In this document: positions 9,076-18,013 of the stretch, one piece after another
Layout of the letters: each line of letters starts with the position of its first letter
How positions within the stretch are numbered: the first letter of the stretch is position 1
NCBI GenBank assembly: GCA_963704585.1
Contig: OY969919.1
Coordinates: forward strand, 2,617,621-2,681,620
Source of the DNA: an uncultured Acidimicrobiaceae bacterium
GTDB lineage: Bacteria > Actinomycetota > Acidimicrobiia > Acidimicrobiales > RAAP-2
Length of the DNA: 64,000 nt
Direction of reading: 5' to 3'
Position numbers and translations under genes: made by a program
Notes under the pieces: model-generated
Database searches by the model: none
Told to the model about the DNA's origin: nothing
Seen by the model: the letters and a program-made list of their open reading frames with translations, nothing else

Positions 9076-10629
9076 GTGCCGCAGCAGCTCGACGAGGTCC
9101 GTGCCTCACCACATGCCGCCGCCGACGACGCGTCCGCCGCCCGAGGAGCGCTCCCCGACTTCGCGGTCCGACCGGTCGTCACGGTGGCGACCGCGTTCGT
9201 CATCGTCGAGCTCGCGGTCGCCGCCCGCTACGGCTTCCACCGTGACGAGCTCTACTTCCTCGCCTGCGCCGCGCCACCTGGCGTGGGGCTACGTCGACCA
9301 GCCGCCGGTCGTCCCCGCGGTGGCGTGGTTCGAGTCCCACCTCTTCGGGTCGTCGGTCGTGGCGCTCCGGATCCTGCCGGCGCTGGCCGGTGGCGGGGCG
9401 GTCGTCTGCAGCGGCGCGATGGCGAGAGAGCTCGGGGGTGCGCGCAAGGCCCAGACGCTCGCCGCGCTCGCCGGTGCCACCTCGCCACAGGTGCTGGCCG
9501 CGTGCCACCTGCTCTCGACAACGTCCTTCGACCTCTCGCTGTGGGCGGTGCTCTCGCTCCTCGTGCTGGTCGTGCTCCGCACGGGCGACGGTCGCTGGTG
9601 GCTGGCGATCGGCGCGGTCGCCGGTGTCGCACTGCTCACCAAGCTCAACGTCGCCTTCTTCCTCGTCGCGCTCGTCGTCGGACTGCTGCTCGCGGGCCGG
9701 CGCCGGCTCTTCGCCAGCCCGTGGCTGTGGGGTGGAGCCGCCATCGCGGTCGCGTTCTGGATGCCGAACATCCTCTGGAACGCACGACACGATTGGGCCG
9801 CGCTCGCGATGCTGCGGACGCTGCACGCGGAGAACGGCGGGCTCGGCGCGTCCTTCGGTTTCATCCCATCCCAGCTCGTCGTCGTGGGGCCGGTCCTCGT
9901 CGTCTTCTGGATCGCCGGACTCCGCGGCCTGCTCCGGACGCCCGCCGGGCGGCCGTTCGGGATCGCCTTCCTCGTCCTCCTCGGGTGGTTCACCGTCACG
10001 GGGGCGAAGTCGTACTACCTTGCCGGCGCCTACTTCGTGCTCTTCGCGGCCGGTGGGGTCTGGGCCGAGCGGCGCCTCGACCGGAAGGTGCCGCCTCGAG
10101 GGCTGCGCGGGTGGATCACGCTCATGGTCGTCGGCGCGGTCATGGCCGTCCCGTTGGCGCTCCCGGTCCTGCCCGAGCACGACCTGGCGACGGGTCCGTG
10201 GGAGGGGAACATCAACAAGGACCTCGAGCGCGACGGTCGGCTGGCCTGCATTCGTCCGTCAGCTCGCCGCGGTGGCGGCCACGTTGTCGCCGAGCGAGCG
10301 CGCGCACCTCGTCGTCTTCACGGGCGACTACGGCGCCGCCGGCGCCGTCGACCGGTTCGGCACCGCGGTCGGACTGCCGGACGCGATCAGCGGGCACAAC
10401 TCGTACTGGTGGTGGGGACCGGTCGGAGCGCAGCGACGGCGCGACCACGATCGCGGTCAACCTCTCGTCGTCGTACCTCCGGACGATCTTCAGGACGGTG
10501 ACACCTGCGGGGACGGTCGCGACACCGGGCGGGGTCTGGTCGGAGGAGCGCGGCGATCCGATCTGGATCTGCCGGGGCCAGCGGGTCTCGTGGGCCGCGG
10601 CGTGGCCCGCCGCGCGCCACTACGGCTAG
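9076..10629 (+). pseudogene. Glycosyltransferase family 39 (PMT_2/ArnT-like) membrane protein with three +1 frameshifts
   Basis: Homology-like signal moves through the frames in order. First YGFHRDELYFLAC (ORF 9076 frame). Then RHLAWGYVDQPPV…LTKLNVAFF… (ORF 8861 frame). Then TVGWPAFVRQL…FTGDYGAAGAVDRFG…SGHNSYWWWGP (ORF 9390 frame). Finally ATTIAVNLSS…PIWICRGQRVSWAAAWPAARHYG (back to the ORF 9076 frame). Switches are near 9270, 10228 and 10425. Confidence 0.75.
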
Positions 10630-10654
10630 GACCGTTCCGGGCCCGCCCGGCAGG

Positions 10655-11242
10655 TCAGCCGACGGTGAGCGGTTCCCGTCCGAGCGCGGCGAGGAAGCGA
10701 TCGCGGGACGGCGCATCGGGCCGGACCGGACGTGCCTGCCCGAACTGCGCGGGGTCGCGGACCGGCTCGAGCACGACCGCCGCTGCGGCCGTGGCCGTGT
10801 CCCACAGCTCGTCGCGGCAGTCGAAGGCGACGCCGGCCGCGGTCGCGACGTCCCAGGTGTGTGCGAGCACGTCGACGAGGTTGATGCCCGCAGCCTGGGA
10901 CGCGGTGAGCACTCCGAAGGGGAGTCGGCACGTGCGGCTCCGGTCGGTCTGCGCCCACGCCCGACCCGCGTCGAGGACGACGAGCAGCACCGCCGCGCGG
11001 TGGTCGGGGCCGATGAGATCGCCGTCCGGCGTCCTCGGCGCGTCGGTCTCGCCGGCAGCGAAGGCGGCGAACTTGGCGGTCACCCCGATGGAGTGCCCGA
11101 GCACGTCGCGCACGGTCCAGCCGGGACACGGCGTCGGCCGGTCGAGGTCGGCGGTGTCGATCTGCCCGCACACGTCGAGCTGGACGGCGAGGGCGTCGAA
11201 GAGGGCGGAGATCTCGTCCACGGCCACCAGCATGGCCGTCAT
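10655..11242 (-). CDS. TIGR03086-like / MDMPI-N family metal-binding protein
   Basis: LDRPTPCPGWTVRDVLGHSIGV motif. ATG at 11242. Confidence 0.8.
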   Translation of the reverse strand: MTAMLVAVDEISALFDALAVQLDVCGQIDTADLDRPTPCPGWTVRDVLGHSIGVTAKFAAFAAGETDAPRTPDGDLIGPDHRAAVLLVVLDAGRAWAQTDRSRTCRLPFGVLTASQAAGINLVDVLAHTWDVATAAGVAFDCRDELWDTATAAAAVVLEPVRDPAQFGQARPVRPDAPSRDRFLAALGREPLTVG

Positions 11243-11358
11243 CGGTCGCCGATCGGTGCACCCGCGCTCCCCTCCGGCGCGCAGCCTACGATCCGCGACG
11301 GCAAGCGAGCGTCGGCCCGGCCCGGACCGGTTGCGCTCGAAGGGAGTGGGGGAGGACC

Positions 11359-11832
11359 GTGACGACATCACTGCTGATCTTCGGGGCGCTCGGCGTCGCG
11401 ACCACCGTCTACGCCTTCGTCGCCAACCGGCGGCTCTTCCAGGACGGCGCGGCCGGGCGCACCTCCGCGCTCGAGGTGGTCTACTACGTGCTCGGGCTCG
11501 CCTCCCTGCTGATCGGCTGGTACTGCAACGTGCGCTACGTCCATGCGACCGGAGGTCACGCGACCTACTGGAGCTACACCAAGGCGCTCTTCTCCAACTG
11601 GGCGTCGGACTCGGCTGCGCAGGACTACACGATGGTCAACCTCGTGCTCCTGCCGCTCTGGACGATCGTCGACGGCCGACGGCGGGGGATGCGATCGCCG
11701 TGGATCTTCTACGTCATGAGCTTCTTCACCAGCCTCGCCTTCGCGATGGCCTGGTACCTCGCGTTCGTCGAGCGCCAGCTCCGCTACAACCGTGCGGAGG
11801 AGTCCTCGAGGACCGCGGTGCCGCAGTTGTAG
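11359..11832 (+). CDS. DUF2834-like small membrane protein
   Basis: Four hydrophobic helices. The pattern resembles DUF2834 (recalled, not searched). Its 3' end overlaps the convergent oxidoreductase gene by 49 nt. Confidence 0.6.
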   Translation: MTTSLLIFGALGVATTVYAFVANRRLFQDGAAGRTSALEVVYYVLGLASLLIGWYCNVRYVHATGGHATYWSYTKALFSNWASDSAAQDYTMVNLVLLPLWTIVDGRRRGMRSPWIFYVMSFFTSLAFAMAWYLAFVERQLRYNRAEESSRTAVPQL

Positions 11833-13349
11833 CCCGGGATGAAGGTGACCCCGGGTCCGCCGTGGCAGCCCACGCCGCAGAGGTAGAGGCCCTCGATCGG
11901 AACAGGCGAGTCGGCCCAGCCCCGCGGTCCGGGGCGGAACGGTCCCATGCACTCCGGCTGGAGGAGTCCGTGGCAGAAATCCCCACCGGTGCACCCGAAC
12001 ATCAGCTCGTAGGTGTACGCGGGGTAGTTGAACTGTCGGTCGATGAGGTCGGGGAAGTTCGGCGCCTTCGCCGCGATCTTCTCGACGATGCGCGCAGCCA
12101 TCTCGTCGCGGAGCTTCGGCTGCTCCTCCTGCGACCGGGCGATCGGGTAGTAGAAGGCGAACGAGCTGGCGGCATGCTTCCCCTCCGGCGCCATCGCGGG
12201 GTTCTCCATCGTCGGGATCGCGAGGTTGAACGACGGTGACTCGGGGACCAGCCCGCGCACGCATCGCTCGAAGTCGAGCTGCATCTGCTCGGCGGTGCCG
12301 AAGAAGGTCACGTTGCGCCGGAAGTCCCCTTCGTTGAGCACCGAGGCCTCGCCGGTGTACTCGGGCAGGCCGTCGAGCGCGAAGTGCACCTGAAAGTAGG
12401 CCGCCCGGTGATCGATGGCCTCGACCCGTTGCACGAACGCGTCGGGAAGGGCCTCGCGGTCGACGAGCTGGGTGAAGGTCGCCGTCGGGTCGAGGTTGGA
12501 GACGACGACCGGTGCCGTCGCCACCGTCCCGTCGCCGAGCTCGACGCCCTGCACGCGCCCGCCGGACGCCACGATCTTCGCGGCCTTGGTGTGCCGGCGG
12601 AGCTCGCCGCCGTGCTGCTCGAAGAGCCCGAGGAGGTGCTCGGACATCGTCCCGATCCCACCGCGCACCTTGGACATGGTCGCCTCACCGGGTGACGCGA
12701 GGGCGAACGCAAGGCAGAGGGCGCTGCCCGGCGAGTAGGGACCGCGGTACGTCGAATTGACGGAGAGAAACGCGAGCATGCTGCGGACCTGCGCGTGCTT
12801 CTCGCGGTCGGGCAGGTGCCGGTCGACGACGTCCATCACGCTGCCGAACAGCGCGGTGCGGATCGCCTCCCGCTCCTGCTCGTTGGCCGCGACCTCGAAC
12901 ATCTCGTCGAACGACCTCGGGGGACGCCGGACGTCGAAGCGGCCGATCGCTCGGGCGGGCGCCTCCGCCCAGGCCGCGATCTCGGCCATCCCGAGCACCG
13001 CCTCGACGCCCAGACGGTCGTTGAGGTGCTCGACCAGGCGCTCGGGATCGCTGTAGAGCAGCAGGGGTGGCTGCCCGGAGGCGCCGAGGCTCGCGGACTG
13101 GAACTCCGGCTCGTAGATCGGGCACTCGCCGAAGCGCAGGTCCTCGAAGATCTCGTTGGGGATCGGGAACTGGATCGAGCCGGCGAGCTCGAACTTGTAC
13201 CCGCGGGCGAGCTCGGTGGTCGAGGACATCCCGCCGATGAAGTGGTTCTTCTCGAGGCAGAGGACCCGGAGCCCGCCACGGGCCATCACTGCGGCGGCGG
13301 TCAGGCCGTTGTGGCCGGCTCCGATCACGATGGCGTCGTAGTCCGACAT
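11784..13349 (-). CDS. NAD(P)/FAD-dependent oxidoreductase, phytoene desaturase (CrtI-like) family
   Basis: MSDYDAIVIGAGHNGLTAAAVMARGGLRVLCLEK dinucleotide fold. GAGGAG RBS. The 961-aa ORF upstream of this ATG is a high-GC artefact. Confidence 0.88.
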   Translation of the reverse strand: MSDYDAIVIGAGHNGLTAAAVMARGGLRVLCLEKNHFIGGMSSTTELARGYKFELAGSIQFPIPNEIFEDLRFGECPIYEPEFQSASLGASGQPPLLLYSDPERLVEHLNDRLGVEAVLGMAEIAAWAEAPARAIGRFDVRRPPRSFDEMFEVAANEQEREAIRTALFGSVMDVVDRHLPDREKHAQVRSMLAFLSVNSTYRGPYSPGSALCLAFALASPGEATMSKVRGGIGTMSEHLLGLFEQHGGELRRHTKAAKIVASGGRVQGVELGDGTVATAPVVVSNLDPTATFTQLVDREALPDAFVQRVEAIDHRAAYFQVHFALDGLPEYTGEASVLNEGDFRRNVTFFGTAEQMQLDFERCVRGLVPESPSFNLAIPTMENPAMAPEGKHAASSFAFYYPIARSQEEQPKLRDEMAARIVEKIAAKAPNFPDLIDRQFNYPAYTYELMFGCTGGDFCHGLLQPECMGPFRPGPRGWADSPVPIEGLYLCGVGCHGGPGVTFIPGYNCGTAVLEDSSARL

Positions 13350-13423
13350 CGGCAGCTCCTCGGTCTCGCGGCCACCGGACCGTAGCGAGGGCCCGAAACG
13401 TTGTCTACTTCTGGGCGCCAGGC

Positions 13424-14380
13424 TCAGCCCGTGAGCGCCTCCCGCCACGGCGTGAGGTCGAGCAGCGGGTAGCGGATCCGGGTCTGCCGGAGCACCGCTT
13501 CGGTCCAGATCGGGTGGCCCGGCGGCGGGAACCCGAACAGCTCGAGCTCGCGGGGCGTGCACCGTTCGGCGAAGCGGGTCCACTCGGGCCCAGTCGAGCG
13601 CGACTGCGCCTGGTCGTACCCGATCCACTCGTGCGCGGCGTGGCGGAAGGCGAGGGCGAGCAGCACGCGTGCGGTGCCGGGGGACCGGAACGCGGTCCCG
13701 CGGTGGAACACGTCCGACCGGTAGGCGAGGTACGAACCGCGCGGGCCGACCGCGGAACGCTCCGAGCGGTAGACCTCGGGGGCGACCTCGGGCATGAGGA
13801 CGAAGTTGTGCTGCGGGAGGTCCTTCGTCACGCTGGTCGGGACCACGGCCGTCGGGTTGTCCGCCTCGGTGACGTCGGTCAGGTAGAGGAATCCCTCGAG
13901 GTTCCACCAGGGCGCCTCGGCCACCGGCGGCAGCCATGAGTGGTTGCGGTCGGTGTGCATCGGCTGCTCGTACTCGACGAGACCCTCGTACTTGGCCGTG
14001 GCGTGGACCTGGTAGAGCCGGAGGTCGGTCGTGTCGAGGGCCCGCTCGGCGAAGTCGACCACGGACGGGTGGACGCAGAGCCGGTTGAGCGCACCGCTGC
14101 CCGGGAACGGGAAGGGATCGGACCACCGCTGCTGCTCCGATCGGAAGCCCGGACCCGTCTCGGGCCAGGTGAGCTCCTCGGTGGGCTCGCGCGGGTGGCC
14201 GCGGCGCCGCTCGGTCTCGCCGTCGGGGTCCGCGTGGTACTCCTCGTCGGTCGGGTAGAGGAGGTGGAGGTCGTCGAGCACGGCGTCGATCTCGTCCGTG
14301 CCGACGAGGCCGTCGAGGAGCACCCACCCCTCGGTGCGCCACACCTCGACCTCGTCGTCGGTCGCACGTCGCGAGCCCAT
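13424..14380 (-). CDS. Phytanoyl-CoA dioxygenase (PhyH) family Fe(II)/2OG oxygenase
   Basis: C-terminal 318 aa of ORF 13424..16252, with HTDRNH… and YRSDVFHRG motifs. Probably co-transcribed with the CrtI-like gene. Confidence 0.8.
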   Translation of the reverse strand: MGSRRATDDEVEVWRTEGWVLLDGLVGTDEIDAVLDDLHLLYPTDEEYHADPDGETERRRGHPREPTEELTWPETGPGFRSEQQRWSDPFPFPGSGALNRLCVHPSVVDFAERALDTTDLRLYQVHATAKYEGLVEYEQPMHTDRNHSWLPPVAEAPWWNLEGFLYLTDVTEADNPTAVVPTSVTKDLPQHNFVLMPEVAPEVYRSERSAVGPRGSYLAYRSDVFHRGTAFRSPGTARVLLALAFRHAAHEWIGYDQAQSRSTGPEWTRFAERCTPRELELFGFPPPGHPIWTEAVLRQTRIRYPLLDLTPWREALTG

Positions 14381-14404
14381 CAGTCTCCGACCGCCTTTCG
14401 TCCC

Positions 14405-14448
14405 GGCACCGGTCCGCCGTCGGCGAGCGACGTCGGCGGACCGGTGCC
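14405..14448. promoter_or_regulatory. Long inverted repeat GGCACCGGTCCGCCG-N14-CGGCGGACCGGTGCC
   Basis: Perfect 15-bp arms in the 258-bp divergent region between the PhyH gene and zwf. The spacer can pair further (GTCG/CGAC). Confidence 0.4.
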
Positions 14449-14638
14449 ATTCTGACCGCGCGCCGACACGGCCGGCGAGTCCCTGCGGCGCGCGGTCCGG
14501 GCCCCCGTGCCGCGCGATCGCACCGCGCCCCGCGGCCGACCCTGGGAACCGGGGTCCAACCGGTCGCGGAAGGCGTGCAATACGCTTTCCTTCTCGGAGC
14601 CCCCACTGGGCCGCCCGGGGCGAGTCGAGGACGGACCG

Positions 14639-16258
14639 ATGGCATCGACCGACAGAGACCTCGTGGCACCGTCCGAGGACGCCGGCGTGGTCGGGGCCCG
14701 GTCGCTCCCCCCGTCGGTCGAGGGGGCCGAAGCCGTGGCGGCGGTGGCCGCCCGGGGCGGGGAGCCGACGGGGCGCCCCCGCCCGGTGCCGAGTACGAAG
14801 ACCGTGGTGGTCCACGCCCCGGACGACCACCATCCGGTCCCCCCGCACGTGATCGTCCTCTTCGGAGCGACGGGCGACCTCACGAGGCGCAAGCTGCTTC
14901 CCGGGCTCTTCCACCTCTCGAGGGCGGGCCTGCTCCCCGAGTGCCGGATCGTGGCCACGTCGCTCGAGGAACTGGGCGAGGACGAGTTCCACGGCATCGC
15001 CCGCAGTGCGTGCGAGGAGCACGCCCGTGGCGACGTGCTCGAACACGAGTGGCAGGAGTTCCGCCGCCACCTGCGATACGTCCCCGAGTCGCACGGGCCC
15101 TCCGCACTCGCGACGGTGGTCGAGCACTCGGAGTCGACCCTCTCGGCCGAGCCGAGCAGGCTCCACTACCTGAGCATCCCGCCCCACGCTGCCGGCAACG
15201 TCGTGCGAACTCTCGGCGAGGCGCGCCTCACCGAGCGGTCGCGCATCATCATGGAGAAGCCCTTCGGCACCGACCTCCTGTCCGCGCGGCTGCTCAACAC
15301 CGTCGTCCAGGAGCACTTCGACGACGACCAGGTCTTCCGCATCGACCACTTCCTCGGCAAGGAGGCCGCGCAGAACATCCTGGCCTTCCGGTTCGCCAAC
15401 GGGCTCTTCGAACCGATCTGGAACCGCGAGCACATCGACCACATCCAGATCGACGTGCCCGAGTCCCTCGCCGTGGGGTCGCGCGCCGCGTTCTACGAGC
15501 AGACCGGCGCCTTCCGCGACATGGTCGTGACCCACCTCTTCCAGATCCTCGCGTTCGTGGCGATGGAGCCGCCGACCGCGCTCGAGCCGCGTGCGATCAA
15601 CGAGGAGAAGAACAAGGTGTTCCGGTCGCTCCGCCCGATCGACACCTCGCGGGTGATCCGCGGGCAGTACGAGGGGTACCGGACGACCGACGGCGTCTCC
15701 CCGGACTCCGAGACGGAGACGTTCGTCGCCCTCCAGTGCGAGATCGACAACTGGCGCTGGGCAGGGGTGCCCTTCTACCTCCGGACCGGCAAGGAGATGG
15801 CCGAGGGGGCGCGCATCGTCTCGATCGCGTTCCGCGCACCGCCCAAGTCGATGTTCCCGTCGGGTTCGGGCGTGGGGAGCCAGGGCCCCGACCATCTGAC
15901 CTTCGACCTCGCGGACAGCTCGAAGCTCTCGTTGTCCTTCTACGGCAAGCGCCCCGGCCCGGGGATGAAGCTGGACAAGCTGAGCCTCCAGTTCGCGCTG
16001 CACGAGACCGACAGCGCAGGGAGCGTGCTCGAGGCCTACGAGCGGTTGATCTACGACGCGATGATCGGTGACCAGACGCTCTTCACCAACGCGGAGGGGA
16101 TCGAACGGCTCTGGGAAGTCTCCCAACCCCTCCTCAACGACCCGCCCGAGGTCGAGCTCTACCGGGTCGGTTCGTGGGGGCCGTCGTCGATCAGGGAGCT
16201 GATCAGCCCACGCTCGTGGCGGCTCCCCTTCGAGCGCGAATGGCGCCAGCACCCCTGA
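14639..16258 (+). CDS. zwf: Glucose-6-phosphate dehydrogenase
   Basis: LFGATGDLTRRKL, RIDHFLGKE and EKPFG motifs. About 60-aa Ala/Pro-rich N-terminal extension if ATG 14639 is used. Confidence 0.93.
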   Translation: MASTDRDLVAPSEDAGVVGARSLPPSVEGAEAVAAVAARGGEPTGRPRPVPSTKTVVVHAPDDHHPVPPHVIVLFGATGDLTRRKLLPGLFHLSRAGLLPECRIVATSLEELGEDEFHGIARSACEEHARGDVLEHEWQEFRRHLRYVPESHGPSALATVVEHSESTLSAEPSRLHYLSIPPHAAGNVVRTLGEARLTERSRIIMEKPFGTDLLSARLLNTVVQEHFDDDQVFRIDHFLGKEAAQNILAFRFANGLFEPIWNREHIDHIQIDVPESLAVGSRAAFYEQTGAFRDMVVTHLFQILAFVAMEPPTALEPRAINEEKNKVFRSLRPIDTSRVIRGQYEGYRTTDGVSPDSETETFVALQCEIDNWRWAGVPFYLRTGKEMAEGARIVSIAFRAPPKSMFPSGSGVGSQGPDHLTFDLADSSKLSLSFYGKRPGPGMKLDKLSLQFALHETDSAGSVLEAYERLIYDAMIGDQTLFTNAEGIERLWEVSQPLLNDPPEVELYRVGSWGPSSIRELISPRSWRLPFEREWRQHP

Positions 16259-16304
16259 CCCGACCTGCGTGCCTCCCTACCATGGCGGGGAGGAGGTGGA
16301 TGCG

Positions 16305-16520
16305 GTGAGCGACTTCGTCAAGGTGGTGGCAGCAGGACCGATGTTCTTCGTGAGCTCGTGGGTGCTCATGCTCTTCGCGGGGATCGTCTGGTCGGACGTG
16401 GGGATCCGCCCGTTCGGCTACGTGACCTCGATGGTGGTCACCATCGGGCTCTGGCTGACGCTCGCGCCGGCGATCGGTGCGGTGGCCCGAGTCCCGAAGG
16501 CCAAGCGCTCCGACCACTGA
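16305..16520 (+). CDS. Small two-helix membrane protein (hypothetical)
   Basis: GGGGAGGAGG RBS lies 8 nt upstream of GTG 16305. Two hydrophobic helices. Start uncertain (ORF opens at 16269). Confidence 0.4.
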   Translation: MSDFVKVVAAGPMFFVSSWVLMLFAGIVWSDVGIRPFGYVTSMVVTIGLWLTLAPAIGAVARVPKAKRSDH

Positions 16521-16535
16521 ACGGCGCGGCGGGCC

Positions 16536-17921
16536 TCAGCTCGTCACGAACTGCGGGAGCCAGGCGGCGGTGGCGGCGAGCAGCTCGTCGGTCATCGCGA
16601 CCAGCTGCTCGAAGGGGAGGTGGCGGGCCACCTGGTCGGTGAGCATCGCCTCGAGGACGCGCGTGCGATCGCCGGACAGCGCGGCGTCGACGGTGAGCTC
16701 CTGCGAGGCGGAGATCTGGCGGAGCACCTCCCCGAGCACCGAGTCGACACGCGCGGTGTCGCGCGGACGGACGCCGCCCTCGCCGGTCACGCCGATGCAC
16801 TCGACGACCGCACCTTCGGGGAGGTTCTCGACCTGACCGCGGTTGGGGAGGTTCATCGGAAGGTGGTGCTCCGCCCCAGTTGCCACGCCGGCCACCAGCT
16901 CGGCCACCAGCTCGCCGGACGGCCACGGAGGGATCTCGTCCGCCGCGAGCAGATCGGCCACCTCGCGGTCGTCGGCGACCTTGTCGGCCCGGTGCCCGCT
17001 GAGGCCGTAGTGGTGGACGCCCCAGTCGCGGCCGAAGTCGGAGTGCGGCGTGACGAATCCGGGGAGGAACTCGACGATGTGGGTGTCCGAGGCGCCGGGC
17101 AGGACGCCGAACCGCCGGAACAGCTCGAGCTTGACCCGGTGGTTGGCGAGCACGTCGGCCTTCGTCCAGGTGTCGCCCTCGGAGACCTTCTGCCAGTGCA
17201 TCCCCTGGACCGGCGCCATCCAGATCGGCTCGTCGGTCCACGCGCCGGGAGCGTCGAGGATGTCGCGGAGCATGGCGAAGCCATCCGCACCGTCGACGCG
17301 GAGATCGGTCACCAGCGGGAAGTGGTTCACGCCCGCCGAGACCGGATCGATGGAGTGCATCGGCGCGTCGAAGAGCAGGCTGAGCGAGAACTTGAGCCCG
17401 ACCAGCTCGTTGCAGAGCCCGACCACGGACACGCCCGACTCGCGCACGGCCGCGCGGCAGAGGGCGGTGAGCGGGTTGCTCACGTTGACGAGCAGCGCGT
17501 CGGGGCAGTGCCGCTCCATCGCCGCCGCCACCTCGCAGACGACCGGGGCGCTGCGCAGCGCCCGGCTGATCCCTCCGGGCCCGACGCTGTCACCGACGGG
17601 CTGGCGGATGCCGTAGCGCGCGGGGATCTCGAGGTCGTGGCGCATGCTCGCGAAACCGCCGACCGTCAGGGCGATGATCACGAACTCCGCACCTTCGAGC
17701 GCGTCACCGAGGTCGGTCGTGGCCCGCACCGCGAGATCGATCCCGCGCACCTTTGCGATGTGGGCGGCAACCTCTTCCATCAGGGGGAGCGACCCTCCGT
17801 CGACGTCCATGAGGGCCACGTCCGCGGCGTGCAGGGCCTCGGTGTTCGCGAAGTCGACGAGCAGCCGGGGCGTCCAGTGGGTGCTCCCGCCGCCGACGAT
17901 CACGATCCGGGGTGCGCGCAC
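16536..17921 (-). CDS. Glycoside hydrolase family 4 (NAD+/Mn2+-dependent glycosidase)
   Basis: IVIVGGGSTHWTPRLL N-terminus, GLCNE catalytic Cys motif, VNHF. Confidence 0.85.
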   Translation of the reverse strand: MRAPRIVIVGGGSTHWTPRLLVDFANTEALHAADVALMDVDGGSLPLMEEVAAHIAKVRGIDLAVRATTDLGDALEGAEFVIIALTVGGFASMRHDLEIPARYGIRQPVGDSVGPGGISRALRSAPVVCEVAAAMERHCPDALLVNVSNPLTALCRAAVRESGVSVVGLCNELVGLKFSLSLLFDAPMHSIDPVSAGVNHFPLVTDLRVDGADGFAMLRDILDAPGAWTDEPIWMAPVQGMHWQKVSEGDTWTKADVLANHRVKLELFRRFGVLPGASDTHIVEFLPGFVTPHSDFGRDWGVHHYGLSGHRADKVADDREVADLLAADEIPPWPSGELVAELVAGVATGAEHHLPMNLPNRGQVENLPEGAVVECIGVTGEGGVRPRDTARVDSVLGEVLRQISASQELTVDAALSGDRTRVLEAMLTDQVARHLPFEQLVAMTDELLAATAAWLPQFVTS

Positions 17922-18013
17922 GGACGAACGCTACCCGGTGGGCTGTTGCCTTGGCGGAGGCGGTCGCGTACGGCGGGCCCGGTCGCGGGTGCCTGACTCC
18001 GGTTGCGACGCGC

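Noticed and set aside
14639-16520. zwf lacking the usual opcA/pgl partners and followed by a tiny membrane-protein ORF, as a novel OxPP arrangement.
   Set aside because: Actinobacteria often carry a second stand-alone zwf paralog. The small ORF has no recognisable link to the pathway. There is nothing beyond absence of evidence.
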